DNA of 64,000 nucleotides from an uncultured cyanobacterium (GTDB lineage Bacteria; Cyanobacteriota; Cyanobacteriia; Phormidesmidales; Phormidesmidaceae): positions 672,001 through 736,000 of the forward strand of contig CAWBZI010000004.1 of assembly GCA_963793265.1 (NCBI GenBank). Reading direction: 5' to 3'. The translations under genes were made by a program, and so were the position numbers. Below the pieces are notes generated by a model, which saw nothing but the letters and a program-made list of their open reading frames with translations, was not told where the DNA came from and ran no database searches. Positions within the stretch are counted from its first letter, which is position 1, and the number at the start of each line of letters is the position of its first letter. Shown here piece after piece: positions 8,594 to 19,033 of this stretch.

Positions 8594-10960
8594 TTAGGGC
8601 CGACGCCGGTTAAATCTATTCTGTAAATCTGTTGGATCAAACGTGTCTTTATCGGCAGCCCGCGATGCATTGAGCTTGCTTCCAGCAGCAGATTGAGAAG
8701 ATAATTTTCGCTTAGGAATAGGCTTACTACCCGCTGTGCCAGTTGTTCCATTCTCCTTCTGTTTTGTTCTACTTTCTCGTGCCACTGCGCTACCACTTGC
8801 CCTAGAAGAATTTTCCTCCAGCTTCATGCTCAAGCCAATCCGCTTTAATTTCTCCTGCACTTCCATCACTCTCACTTTCACCACCTGCCCAACCTGCACA
8901 ACTTCCTTAGGGTCTTTAATAAAGCGGTTTGCCATTTGAGAGACATGTACAAGCCCGTCCTGATGGACGCCGATATCCACAAAAGCCCCAAAGTTCGCGA
9001 CATTTGTCACCACGCCTTCCAACGTCATGCCTTCTCTCAAGTCGCTAATTTCATTAATACTTTCAGCAAACGTCGCGTAGGCAAACTGCGCTCTGGGGTC
9101 GCGACCAGGCTTTTCTAGCTCTGTCAAAATATCTTTCAGCGTAGGCTCTCCTACTTTCTCAGTTACATAGTTCTTCAACTCTAGCTGCTTTAACTTGTCA
9201 GTAGCCTGAGGAATCTCTTTAAGCGGCACTTGCAAATCCTTTGCCATCGTTTCAACAACGCCATAGCTCTCAGGATGCACAGCAGTATTGTCTAGTGGAT
9301 TAGCGCTGTCTGGAATGCGGAGAAAGCCTGCGGCCTGCTCGTAGGCTTTAGGGCCAAGCTTGCTCACTTTTAGGAGGGTTTTGCGATCGCTAAAGCGCCC
9401 AGCCTGATCGCGAAAGGTGACGATATTGTGTGCGATCGCCTCACTCACCCCAGACACATACCTCAACAGCTCTCTAGACGCCGTGTTCAAATTCACGCCG
9501 ACATAGTTCACACAGCTTTCTACCGTATCATCCAGCTTTTGCTTCAGACGCTTCTGGTCTACATCATGCTGGTACTGACCCACGCCAATCGATTTAGGGT
9601 CTAGCTTGACCAGCTCAGCTAGCGGATCTTGCAGGCGACGGCCAATGCTAATGGCCCCACGCACCGTAACGTCTAGCTCTGGAAATTCAGCGATCGCCAC
9701 CTCACTTGCTGAATAAATAGAGGCTCCCGATTCATTCACCATCACCTTTGTAGGCGGCGACTCTAGCCCAGCGATCACCTCACCCACAAACTCATCTGTC
9801 TCCCGGCTCGCCGTCCCATTCCCAATCGCAATCAGCTCAACCTTGTTTGCTTTAATCAAGCGGGAAAGTACTTTTGCTGCATCCAGCCGCCGCCCCTGCC
9901 CTGAATGTGGATAAATAGCTTCGTACGCTAAAAACTGACCTGTCTCACTAATAGCCGCCACTTTACAGCCCGTACGAAATCCGGGATCTACGCCCAAAGT
10001 TGGCTTCATCCCTGCCGGGGCCGCTAGCATCAGATTGCGTAGGTTCTCCGCAAAGGTTTGAATAGATTCTTCATCGGCCCAGGCTTTTTTCTCGGCAATC
10101 ACCTCGTTCGTTAAAGAGGTTTTCATCAGCCGGTTAAACCCGTCTTTCACCCAATCTGCATAAAACGCTCTGATGCTTTTGTCTTTTGTCCTAAGCTGAG
10201 TGCTGAGCAAATAGTCCAGAATCTCGGCGTCATCAAACACCAGCGACAGCTTCAGCACTTTTTCTTTGTCGCCTCGTAGTAAAGCTAGTAAATTATGCGG
10301 TGCAATCTTACTCACAGGCGTCTGATAGCTACGATACATCTCATATTTAGTCGTGCCTTCAGGATGGCCTGCTTTTATCTTTGAGGTGAACTGCCCTCTG
10401 CGTAAAAAGAAATTTCGTACGTATGCTCGCAAAGAAGCCGTCTCTGCCATCGCTTCGGCCAAAATGTCTGACGCCCCCTGCAAAGCTTCAGCGGTCGTAG
10501 TGACGGTTTCGGTGAGATAGGGTTTAGCGATCGCCTCCAAATCAGCAGACTGACCAGCAGCATTACGCTTAGAAATTTCAGCGGCAAGCGGCTCCAACCC
10601 ATTTTCTCTAGCAATCGTGGCGCGGGTACGACGCTTGGGCTTATAGGGCAGGTACAGGTCTTCTAGCTCGGTTTTACTTTGACAGCGCTCAATGATGGCC
10701 TGCAATTCTGGCGTGAGAGCGTCTTGCTTGGCAATCTCTTCGAGGATCGTTTTCTTCCGAGCTGCTAATGCAGTCAAATAGTCATAGCGCTCTGCAATTT
10801 GCCGAAGCTGAATTTCGTCTAGCTCGCCCGTACGCTCTTTTCGATAGCGTGCGATAAAAGGAACGGTTGCGCCTTCTGATAGCAACAAAAGCGCTGCTTC
10901 TACCTGCTGAATTTGGACAGATAGCTCTTGAGCAATCAGATGAGCGGCGTTCATAAGCAT
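8594..10960 (-). CDS. tex: Tex-family RNA-binding transcription accessory protein with S1 domain
   Basis: GATVPFIARYRKE, DPGFRTGCK, LQDPLAELVK, GVGQYQHDV; S1 motif FGAFVDIGVHQDGLVHVS. Confidence 0.95.
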   Translation of the reverse strand: MLMNAAHLIAQELSVQIQQVEAALLLLSEGATVPFIARYRKERTGELDEIQLRQIAERYDYLTALAARKKTILEEIAKQDALTPELQAIIERCQSKTELEDLYLPYKPKRRTRATIARENGLEPLAAEISKRNAAGQSADLEAIAKPYLTETVTTTAEALQGASDILAEAMAETASLRAYVRNFFLRRGQFTSKIKAGHPEGTTKYEMYRSYQTPVSKIAPHNLLALLRGDKEKVLKLSLVFDDAEILDYLLSTQLRTKDKSIRAFYADWVKDGFNRLMKTSLTNEVIAEKKAWADEESIQTFAENLRNLMLAAPAGMKPTLGVDPGFRTGCKVAAISETGQFLAYEAIYPHSGQGRRLDAAKVLSRLIKANKVELIAIGNGTASRETDEFVGEVIAGLESPPTKVMVNESGASIYSASEVAIAEFPELDVTVRGAISIGRRLQDPLAELVKLDPKSIGVGQYQHDVDQKRLKQKLDDTVESCVNYVGVNLNTASRELLRYVSGVSEAIAHNIVTFRDQAGRFSDRKTLLKVSKLGPKAYEQAAGFLRIPDSANPLDNTAVHPESYGVVETMAKDLQVPLKEIPQATDKLKQLELKNYVTEKVGEPTLKDILTELEKPGRDPRAQFAYATFAESINEISDLREGMTLEGVVTNVANFGAFVDIGVHQDGLVHVSQMANRFIKDPKEVVQVGQVVKVRVMEVQEKLKRIGLSMKLEENSSRASGSAVARESRTKQKENGTTGTAGSKPIPKRKLSSQSAAGSKLNASRAADKDTFDPTDLQNRFNRRRP

Positions 10961-11003
10961 AGACGGTTACGTTGGATGGATTTTAGCATCAAAAAAAGGC
11001 CAC

Positions 11004-11046
11004 AAAAAAGGGCAGTGCATAGCTTTTGGCTATAGGTGCACTGCCC
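11004..11046 (-). terminator. Intrinsic terminator of the minus-strand PEP-CTERM gene
   Basis: GGGCAGTGCA...TGCACTGCCC stem next to an A tract (U tract on the minus strand). Confidence 0.75.
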
Positions 11047-11106
11047 CTGGGTTGAATTTGGTTATTCCTACTCAAACTTGAACAGCCTTGAGAAAGGCTA
11101 AGCTAC

Positions 11107-12069
11107 CTACGCTAGCTGCTCTTCAGAGCGCTTCTTGCGAGAATGAGCGAAGTAAAGGCCGAAGGCGGCTAACCCGAGCAATGAGGAAGGCTCAGGAATA
11201 TCCTTTGTCGTATCTACTTTTACTAAGCGAGCGAAAAGATTAGCCGAGTTGTTGCCATCTTCTTGAGAGACAAAGCTGTTGACAAGATTTTGACCCGCCA
11301 GATCATCTGCAAAACCCATCAGCTCTAAAGAATACGTCTCATCTTCATAGGTAAAGTTGTTGGCTTCATTAACCGCAAAGTCCCAAGTAATCAGGTCTGA
11401 GCACCCTTTGCCTGCATCGGTTTGATAGGCACAGGCTTGACCGTTATTGTTACGACCCTTATTGTTTGTGGTTTCATCAATTGAAAGTGCAAAGTCGAAT
11501 GTTTTAGAGCCTAGCTCACTGTCGCCAAAGTCAAGATTGATGCTAATCTCTGCACTTTTGCCGTCGAGGCCATCACCTTTAATAGTTTGGTTAAAGTGAA
11601 TGAGTTCTCCAATATTGAAGATGTCTCCTACTTCTAGCTCTAGGTTGTTGATGCCCTGAAAGCCTAAGCCGCTTTGATTTTCGTAGGTATAAACAGTTTC
11701 GTGAAACTCATTGAAGTAGCCATATTGCTGTTGTCCTTGGCTATCGGTATAGCGTCCATGGCGAGTGCTTCCCCAAATATAGTCACGCCAGCTAGAAACA
11801 CCTGTCTGAGTAACGACCTTTGTACCGTAGGCGGCGCTACCCCAGCGGACTTCACTTCGGTTGCTGCCATCGTCAATAAATTTAATCTTGTTGTTGGCAT
11901 CTGCTGCTACGCCATTAGAACCGACTGTGTAGCCTGCCGATAGAGAAACGTTATCCCAGACGGCACTTGTATTGTTAATGGTGAATGCGTTTGCAGATTC
12001 TGCTGATAGGCTGAGGGTTGTAGCGATCGCGCCAACTGCAATTAAGGTAGAGAATGTTTGAGTGTTCAT
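11107..12069 (-). CDS. PEP-CTERM protein with a choice-of-anchor K / THxN-like domain
   Basis: Signal peptide ending ANA; EVRWG, QSGLGF, LIHFNQTI, DETTN motifs; C-terminal IPEPSS + TM + RKKR. Confidence 0.8.
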   Translation of the reverse strand: MNTQTFSTLIAVGAIATTLSLSAESANAFTINNTSAVWDNVSLSAGYTVGSNGVAADANNKIKFIDDGSNRSEVRWGSAAYGTKVVTQTGVSSWRDYIWGSTRHGRYTDSQGQQQYGYFNEFHETVYTYENQSGLGFQGINNLELEVGDIFNIGELIHFNQTIKGDGLDGKSAEISINLDFGDSELGSKTFDFALSIDETTNNKGRNNNGQACAYQTDAGKGCSDLITWDFAVNEANNFTYEDETYSLELMGFADDLAGQNLVNSFVSQEDGNNSANLFARLVKVDTTKDIPEPSSLLGLAAFGLYFAHSRKKRSEEQLA

Positions 12070-12611
12070 AAGTTTGGTTAATTCTGTAGGTTGCTCGTGT
12101 ATCAAAACTAACCTCCAAATTTCAGTGCTATCACCCTGACATTACGGAAATGCACTTAAAGAAACAATCAAGAGAAAAGGTTATTTCAGCGGTTATAACT
12201 GATGTTTACTGGGTGTGACCTGTTAAATATACGTAGGAAAAAGCTAATATACCTGAGCCTTGGATTGCGCGCATGTAATCGCTAAAGCTCAGCTATGACA
12301 AAGCTTTCGAGATTTTTGCGCAATGCAAATCGATAAATGATTATGGATGATATAGCGGACTTCACATAACCAAATATTTGCGAAAACTACCGAGCTATTG
12401 TCTCTTGTTCTTGTCGTGATTATCTATTCTAAAAGTCTGAAGAGATTTTTTGAGAACGAACACTTTTTATGAAAGTTGTTAATCTCTTGTTCTAACTGCA
12501 AGAAATATTTGTTTTCTGTTAAGTCGCTGCAATCCCTCTTTTACTTATAAAAGCCTAAGTGTTTTAACTGGTATTAAGTAGCACACCTACAGTACTTCCG
12601 CTTTTAAAACC

Positions 12612-13511
12612 ATGAATACACCTAACTCAAATAGCAGTCAAAGCACTCAGCTAATCGCATTGTCCGCAGGCTTAGCGATCGCAACTATTGCCGCCATAGC
12701 ACCTTCTGCCGAAGCCGCTAGCTTTAACCTTAACTTTGACGAGGGCACGAACGGCAGCAGCGTCCTCTATAACGCTAACGGAACTCTCAACACGCAGCAG
12801 TGGGCTGACTGGGGCTTAAGAGACATCACAGGCATTAACCGAGGTACAGGCGGTGCGGCAAAGATGAACACTTATGACTCAAGCAATCAGCAGTGGGGCG
12901 AAGATCATGATTTGAGAACAGGGAGCACCTGGGGCACTGCTCTACAAGGTAACGTATTAATCATTCAAGAAGAAGATCAGCGCAACAATAACTACTTCAA
13001 TAACAACGGCGTTTATCGTGCTGACGATCAAGGGTACAGAGGCGGCACGATTAATTTTGACTTTGATAGCGCGATCGCTCTCACCAGCTTCTCAATGTTA
13101 GATATTGACGATAACGGCAGCGGCATCAGAGTGACCGGTAACGGTGCGAATGGCGCGCTTGACATCGATATCGACAGGCTAATTAACGACCATAAAGCGG
13201 CTCATGGCAACTCTCAGGGGAGCACATTCACCAGAGATGGTGTAACGATTACTCAGGTGGGTACAAAGCGCAACGATAACTCAATGTATCAGTTCGACCT
13301 GGATCAAACTCACTTTGCCGGTATGCGATTTGAGAACGTTGAGTTTAACTATCCTGGCAGTGGTGCTATCTCTGGAATTGAATGGCGCACTGATGAAGAT
13401 GGGCCAGTAGACATTCCTGAGCCTTCTGTGGTGGGCGGGCTGCTTATGATTGGCTTCATTGGCGTGCGTAAGCGTCTCAAGAGTAACAAGCTAGCTGTTG
13501 ACGCTGCATAG
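12612..13511 (+). CDS. PEP-CTERM sorting-domain protein
   Basis: Signal peptide ending AEA; N/G/D-rich body; C-terminal IPEPSVVGGLLMIGFIGVRKRLK. Confidence 0.88.
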   Translation: MNTPNSNSSQSTQLIALSAGLAIATIAAIAPSAEAASFNLNFDEGTNGSSVLYNANGTLNTQQWADWGLRDITGINRGTGGAAKMNTYDSSNQQWGEDHDLRTGSTWGTALQGNVLIIQEEDQRNNNYFNNNGVYRADDQGYRGGTINFDFDSAIALTSFSMLDIDDNGSGIRVTGNGANGALDIDIDRLINDHKAAHGNSQGSTFTRDGVTITQVGTKRNDNSMYQFDLDQTHFAGMRFENVEFNYPGSGAISGIEWRTDEDGPVDIPEPSVVGGLLMIGFIGVRKRLKSNKLAVDAA

Positions 13512-13538
13512 CATTTGCCTGATATCTTCAGCATCAAT

Positions 13539-13583
13539 ACAACAATCCCTCCTTTGTTCTAAAAACGAAGGAGGGATTGTTGT
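13539..13583. terminator. Bidirectional terminator hairpin between convergent genes
   Basis: Perfect 16-bp stem ACAACAATCCCTCCTT / AAGGAGGGATTGTTGT. Confidence 0.8.
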
Positions 13584-13608
13584 GCTAATCAAAGTGCAAA
13601 CTATACGT

Positions 13609-14364
13609 CTAGCGGAATCTGTCTGGATTAAGCGTACGCCCAGCCGTCCTAGATCTTAGTGCAGCGCCAGTACCACCATCTGCTCTATCTAAGAATGGCT
13701 TGAGGTTGATGCCGCTGCGAGCTGATGTCGTGCGAGCTGCGGGTCTAGAAAAGCCGCCGAGGTCGGTGCCGAGCGCTTCGCCAATTTGACCGAGGATATC
13801 GGGGCCACCGTTGCCCGTGTAGGTGTTGACGATGGTGGTGTCGGTGCCGCCGTCAGCCAGGGTGAGATTCTCAAATACGAGATCGCGCGTAGCAACGGGG
13901 TTTTGACCGGGGGGAACGGTGAAAACGATTTTACACAGGCCAGGAATTTGCTCGGTGGTGGCACATACGATGTCGTAGCCGTTTTCGGTGCCCACTTGCA
14001 GTTCAGCTAAGCCTTCGGGGCGGTAGGATTCGAGGCGATCGCTAATCGTAAAGCAGCGGTTTTCAGCCGTCCAGCCGCCGCCTAGCGTCGTTGGTGTTGC
14101 CCAGGGATAGGCTTGACCCGGCTGGCTTTCGGGCAGATACATAACGGTGTACTCGCCATTGAAAAGCTGACACTCAAAGCGAACATCGTCAGATACTTCA
14201 TCGCGGTTACCTGCGCCAGGCTCTACTTCGGGTAGCGGATCGTTGCTTTGCGCCATGCTAGGCATGGCTGTGCTAGCTGCGATTAGTAGCGCGGTAAAAA
14301 CGCTACCGATGCGAAGTGTGCGGTGAGATCGATTGAAAAGATGCGGTTTGTGGGTTTTGACCAT
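13609..14364 (-). CDS. COP23 domain-containing secreted protein
   Basis: Signal peptide; RFECQ, GGWTAENRCFTISDRLESY, NGYDIVC. Confidence 0.8.
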   Translation of the reverse strand: MVKTHKPHLFNRSHRTLRIGSVFTALLIAASTAMPSMAQSNDPLPEVEPGAGNRDEVSDDVRFECQLFNGEYTVMYLPESQPGQAYPWATPTTLGGGWTAENRCFTISDRLESYRPEGLAELQVGTENGYDIVCATTEQIPGLCKIVFTVPPGQNPVATRDLVFENLTLADGGTDTTIVNTYTGNGGPDILGQIGEALGTDLGGFSRPAARTTSARSGINLKPFLDRADGGTGAALRSRTAGRTLNPDRFR

Positions 14365-14561
14365 GGCTAGGTTCCTTGTGTATCTGTCGTTCAGTTTTTG
14401 CGTAGAGGAGATTATTTTGGGTAGAAGCTATAGATAACGCGCTTAGCGTAGCGGTTGAGCCCGGCTTTTGGGGAATGAAGTGGACAGTCTGTATCAATTT
14501 CTATAACTGGATGGCGGAATTATATAGACTGTTTAAGACGCCTCCTTATTTCAAGTTTTTT

Positions 14562-16499
14562 ATGGTTAACACGACGGGTTACGGTTCTTGGCGATCGCCT
14601 ATTACTTCAGATTTGATTGTCTCTAGCTCAATTCGGCTAGGGGCCGCACAGCTAGACGGCTTAGACATTTACTGGAGCGAACTGCGACCGACCGAAAACG
14701 GCAGACAGCTTGTTGTTCGCTACGGCCCAGAGGACGAAATTGGTACGGCTAGCGACATCACACCTGCCCCTTTTAGCGTGCGAACTCGGGTGCATGAATA
14801 TGGCGGCGGCGCGTATACGATCCACGGCGGAACGGTGTACTTTTCTAACTTTGTCGATCAGCTTTTGTATCGACAGGTAGCGGGTGAAGTGCCGGTAGCT
14901 CTAACGCCTGAGGTGGAACCGAAGGCGGGGCTACGGTATGCCGATATGGTAGTAGACGCGCGCAGGGAGCGGTTGATTTGTGTGGTGGAAGATCATCGGC
15001 AGTCGGGAGAGGCGGTGAATGCGATCGCGACAGTGCCCTTTGCAGGCGGCTTGCCTCGGGTGCTGGTGAGCGGGAACGACTTCTACTCCTCACCTCGGCT
15101 GAGCCCTGATGGCACTCAGCTCGCCTGGATTACATGGAATCATCCACAGATGCCGTGGGATGGCACGGAGCTATGGATGGCTTATGTAAGTGATGACGGT
15201 AGCCTCAGCCGTCCGCGCAAGCTCACAGGCAACGTCAAGGAATCGGTGTGTCAGCCGCAGTGGTCGCCGGGCGGATCGCTGTACTTTATTAGTGACGCGA
15301 CGGGCTGGTGGAATCTGTATCGGTGGGAAGGAGAACGCGCCGAGCCGCTGTTTCCGATGGAGGCAGAGTTCTCAGGGCCGCAGTGGAATTTTGGTCAGAG
15401 CAGCTATGGCTTTGAAGACAATACGACGATTATTTGTACCTATGCAGATAAAGGCATTCGGCGGCTAGCGCGGTTCGACACGCGGGCGCGATCAATGGAC
15501 GAGATTGAAACGCCTTATTGTGGCATCGGCAGCTTGCAGGTCGGAAAAGGATTTGCAGTGTTTTTGGCAGCGAGCACTAGCAAGCCGGGTGCACTGGTAC
15601 GGCTAGATTTAGATACCTTCGAGATGACGGAGCTGCGGCAGTCAAGCAGTGTGACCATCGATCCGGGGTACCTGTCGGAACCGGAGGTGATTTCTTTTCC
15701 CACGACAGGAGGGTTCAACGCATACGGCATCTACTATCGCCCTCAAAATAAGGACTATGAACCGCTAGTAACTGAGCGACCTCCTTTGTTAGTAAAAAGC
15801 CACGGCGGGCCAACAGCCGCCGCTTCACCCGCTTTCAACCCTTCGATTCAATATTGGACAAGTCGGGGGATTGCAGTGCTAGACGTGAACTATGGCGGCA
15901 GCACGGGCTATGGACGCGCCTATCGGAACCGGCTTCAGGGCGCGTGGGGCATTGTCGATATTGATGACTGTGTGAACGGAGCTTTGTATTTGGTTGAGCA
16001 GGGGAAGGCAGATGAGAACCGGCTGTCGATTGACGGTGGTAGTGCTGGTGGCTATACGACGCTGGCGGCGCTGACGTTTCGAGATGTGTTCAAGGCGGGG
16101 GCGAGCTATTATGGCGTGAGTGATATGGCGAGCCTAGCAGCAGAGACGCATAAGTTTGAGTCGCGGTATTTGGATAGTTTGGTGGGGCCGTATCCAGAGA
16201 AGAAGGCGGTGTATGACGAAAGGTCACCAATTAATGCGGTGGATCAGCTCTCTTGTCCGATTATCTTTTTGCAGGGGTCAGAAGATAAGATTGTGCCGCC
16301 GAATCAGGCTGAGACGATGGTGAATGCGCTGAAGGAAAAGGGCATTCCGGTGGCGTATTTGCTGTTTGAAGGCGAGCAGCATGGGTTTCGGAAGGCGGAA
16401 AATATCAAACGAGCTTTAGACGCTGAACTATCGTTTTATTCACAGATCTTTGGCTTTGAGCTAGCTGATGAGATTGAGCCGGTAGAGATTATCCAATAG
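14562..16499 (+). CDS. S9 family peptidase (acylaminoacyl/dipeptidyl peptidase)
   Basis: GYGSWRSPI start, HGGPT, nucleophile GGSAGG, QGSEDKIV, EQHGF. Confidence 0.92.
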   Translation: MVNTTGYGSWRSPITSDLIVSSSIRLGAAQLDGLDIYWSELRPTENGRQLVVRYGPEDEIGTASDITPAPFSVRTRVHEYGGGAYTIHGGTVYFSNFVDQLLYRQVAGEVPVALTPEVEPKAGLRYADMVVDARRERLICVVEDHRQSGEAVNAIATVPFAGGLPRVLVSGNDFYSSPRLSPDGTQLAWITWNHPQMPWDGTELWMAYVSDDGSLSRPRKLTGNVKESVCQPQWSPGGSLYFISDATGWWNLYRWEGERAEPLFPMEAEFSGPQWNFGQSSYGFEDNTTIICTYADKGIRRLARFDTRARSMDEIETPYCGIGSLQVGKGFAVFLAASTSKPGALVRLDLDTFEMTELRQSSSVTIDPGYLSEPEVISFPTTGGFNAYGIYYRPQNKDYEPLVTERPPLLVKSHGGPTAAASPAFNPSIQYWTSRGIAVLDVNYGGSTGYGRAYRNRLQGAWGIVDIDDCVNGALYLVEQGKADENRLSIDGGSAGGYTTLAALTFRDVFKAGASYYGVSDMASLAAETHKFESRYLDSLVGPYPEKKAVYDERSPINAVDQLSCPIIFLQGSEDKIVPPNQAETMVNALKEKGIPVAYLLFEGEQHGFRKAENIKRALDAELSFYSQIFGFELADEIEPVEIIQ

Positions 16500-16941
16500 C
16501 CTGCCAATCTGACGCAGCAGAAAAGCGGCGTAGGTGGGCCACGTTTGTTGTCGCAATGATGACCTCTGTTTGCTCATCACAGAGAAGAATAGCTTGTGCG
16601 GATAAAATCACATCTCCATCTAAAGCTTTCGGATCAGCGGTGGGCTGTCCTGACTGCCTTGCTTTGGCCCAAAGGCTCGCAGCTAAGAGCATCGCATCTG
16701 TCTGGATTGGAACATACTCAAGTGTCTGTTTCAATCCATCAAGGCGGCGTAAGCTTTGAGTCAGCTTGGCACGAAGCAATTCTCTACGTACTTCATAGTC
16801 TGCGATTTCAGGAATAGCAACCCGTTCACCTTTTTGCAAAAGAGAGGTAAGCCATATTTGACAAGCCAGCGGAACTCCTTTCGCCTTCGGGTTTGTGACC
16901 ATACCTAAAGGGCCAGAGTCTAGCAAGATCAATCTATTCAT
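16489..16941 (-). CDS. PIN-domain toxin
   Basis: LLDSGPLG, EIADYEVRRELL, LDGDVIL, ATTNVAHL. Confidence 0.85.
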   Translation of the reverse strand: MNRLILLDSGPLGMVTNPKAKGVPLACQIWLTSLLQKGERVAIPEIADYEVRRELLRAKLTQSLRRLDGLKQTLEYVPIQTDAMLLAASLWAKARQSGQPTADPKALDGDVILSAQAILLCDEQTEVIIATTNVAHLRRFSAASDWQAIG

Positions 16942-17240
16942 GGGAATAGGTGACGATCTGACAGGCGATCTTCATCTAATGCAGTTTTCAAAAAATCCCA
17001 AGCTTTCTGGTGCTCAGAAGCATCTTCGGTATCGTCTAACCAGGAATCTAAAAGAGCGATCGCCGCTTTATTTTTCTCGGCCTGCTCAGCATTTACAATA
17101 GGTGATACATCTACAGAAATTTTCTGCCGAAACTGGCGCAGGGTTGCTAGCAGCTCTGTCCAGTATTCTTTAGGCGTTGCTTCAATTTCCTGAAGCAGCA
17201 GTTCAAGGGACGCTGTAGATGAAGTTGAATCATTTGCCAT
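16938..17240 (-). CDS. Putative antitoxin
   Basis: Small acidic ORF whose stop overlaps the PIN start (ATGA); C-terminal LKTALDEDRLSDRHLFP. Confidence 0.7.
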   Translation of the reverse strand: MANDSTSSTASLELLLQEIEATPKEYWTELLATLRQFRQKISVDVSPIVNAEQAEKNKAAIALLDSWLDDTEDASEHQKAWDFLKTALDEDRLSDRHLFP

Positions 17241-17391
17241 AAACTAGATCGCAGTTACAGGGCCACTAGAATATGGTAGCGCGTAGGCCGTCATCGATAA
17301 CTTTTTGCCTAAATCATCGTGCGACTGAATTCAAAGAAAGCATCACTTATTTCTAGAGAAGGGAAAACATGCCGAGCAAGTATCAGATTCA

Positions 17392-17616
17392 ATGTGGGAA
17401 ATGAAGCCATGGTGGTGTCAGCCGTGGTCGATTATTTTGACGGGCGTAGTAGTGCCGGTTGCTTCATGGATGCTGTTACATCGGTGGTGGATTACAGTGC
17501 CGATAGTGGGAGTAATAGCCGTTTGGTGGGTGTTGTTTTTGGTACTGGTGCCTGCGCAATACACGGCGGCTGTACAGGAGAAAGCTCATATGAAAGGTCA
17601 TTTGAATAAAAATTAA
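17392..17616 (+). CDS. DUF6737-like small membrane protein
   Basis: KPWWCQPWSIILTG followed by two hydrophobic segments. Confidence 0.75.
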   Translation: MWEMKPWWCQPWSIILTGVVVPVASWMLLHRWWITVPIVGVIAVWWVLFLVLVPAQYTAAVQEKAHMKGHLNKN

Positions 17617-17676
17617 AATCATGATTCGTTTGAGAGGCGTAAGCCCCGTTAGTAGAATAAGTTTTTAACTTTTCGA

Positions 17677-18984
17677 GTAACTACTCAGGCTTAATACTTT
17701 ATGAAAGAAACCGTGGTGTCAGGCCAAACGACGATAGTGTTTGAACATCACTAGGCCCATCAAGGATTCACTGTTTTGAGTAAAGACGAGCCGAAAATCA
17801 CCATCAGCCGCGATGAGATCAAAGCGGTCTATGCAGCAGGCGAAGCGGCAGTGATAGAGCTAGTCGAAGGGTTAACGGCGCAACACTTAACGTTAGTCGA
17901 AAAGCTGTTGAAACAACAGATAGCCCTAGAGACGCGGATAAAAGCGCTCGAAGATAAGCAAACGAAGAACAGCCGCAACAGCAGTAAGCCGCCGTCAGGC
18001 GATGGCTTCGGGAAACGTACGAAAAGCTTGAGAAAAAAGAGTTCTCGCCCCAGCGGTGGCCAAAAAGGACATCCTGGCAGCACATTGGAATGGCGCGAGC
18101 AAGTGGATGAAGTGGTCAGCCACCGAGTAGAGTTTTGTCAGCAGTGCGGCGCATCCTTGCGAGCCACCGCTGTCACTGGCTATGACTTGCGGCAAGTCCA
18201 TGAGCTACCATCATTGTCGTTACGTGTGATAGAGCACCAAGCAGAAGTCAAGTGCTGCGGTACGTGTGACACACTCAATCGAGGTCGATTCCCGACTGAT
18301 GTGACCAGCAGAGTGCAGTACGGCAGTAGCGTGAAAGGTCTGATGGTGTATCTGATGGACGCCCAGTTATTGCCGTCAGAGAGAACCCGTGAAGTGCTTT
18401 CTGAGGTGTTTAGCTGCGAGGTCTCGGAAGGGACGTTGTACAACGCGAGAGCGAAGTGCTTTGAGAAGCTCGCTGCGGTAGAGCAACAGATCAAAACCCA
18501 GATTGAAGCATCGCAGGTGCTTCATTGCGACGAAACGGGCCTGCGCGTCAATCGCAAATTATGGTGGTTGCATGTAGCCTCAACGGCTGCGTTGACTTAC
18601 TACTTCGTGCATCCTCAGCGAGGTCGCGTGGCGATAGATGAGATGAGCGTGCTATCGAATTTTGACGGGGTGAGTGTCCACGACGGCTGGCAGAGCTACT
18701 TCGGCTACGACTGTGCTCACAGCTTGTGTAATGCGCATCATCTGCGCGAACTACGGTTCATCGTAGAACGCTACAAGCAACCGTGGGCACAGCAGATGAT
18801 GACGTTACTATGTGAGATTAAGGCACAAGTAGATGAGGCAAAAGTAGCCGGTAGAGAGGCGTTGAGTACTCGCCAACTGCACGAGTTTGAGGAACGCTAT
18901 CAGACCATACTCGTGAATGGCTTTAAGGCAAATCCACCGCCGCCGATTGATGAAAACGGGCCGAAAAAACGAGGCCGCGTCAAA
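17677..18984 (+). mobile_element. IS66-family (ISBst12-type) element, right end deleted
   Basis: Left end GTAACTACTCAG at 17677; single transposase ORF; direct repeat CTTTTCGA at 17669-17676 and 18985-18992; no right inverted repeat found. Confidence 0.85.
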
Positions 18985-19023
18985 CTTTTCGATACAATTA
19001 GGCTTACTACTGAAGTAGCGTAA
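17776..19023 (+). pseudogene. IS66 transposase, C-terminally truncated
   Basis: NSRNSSKPPSGD, GGQKGHPG, Zn-finger CxxC, CDETG, HDGW, LCNAHHLREL; similarity stops after KKRGRVK and the NNxAER motif carrying the third DDE residue is absent. Confidence 0.85.
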
Positions 19024-19033
19024 ATAGAAAGAA

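Noticed and set aside
17319..17609. 96-aa ORF
   Set aside because: Overlaps the better-supported DUF6737-like gene in another frame
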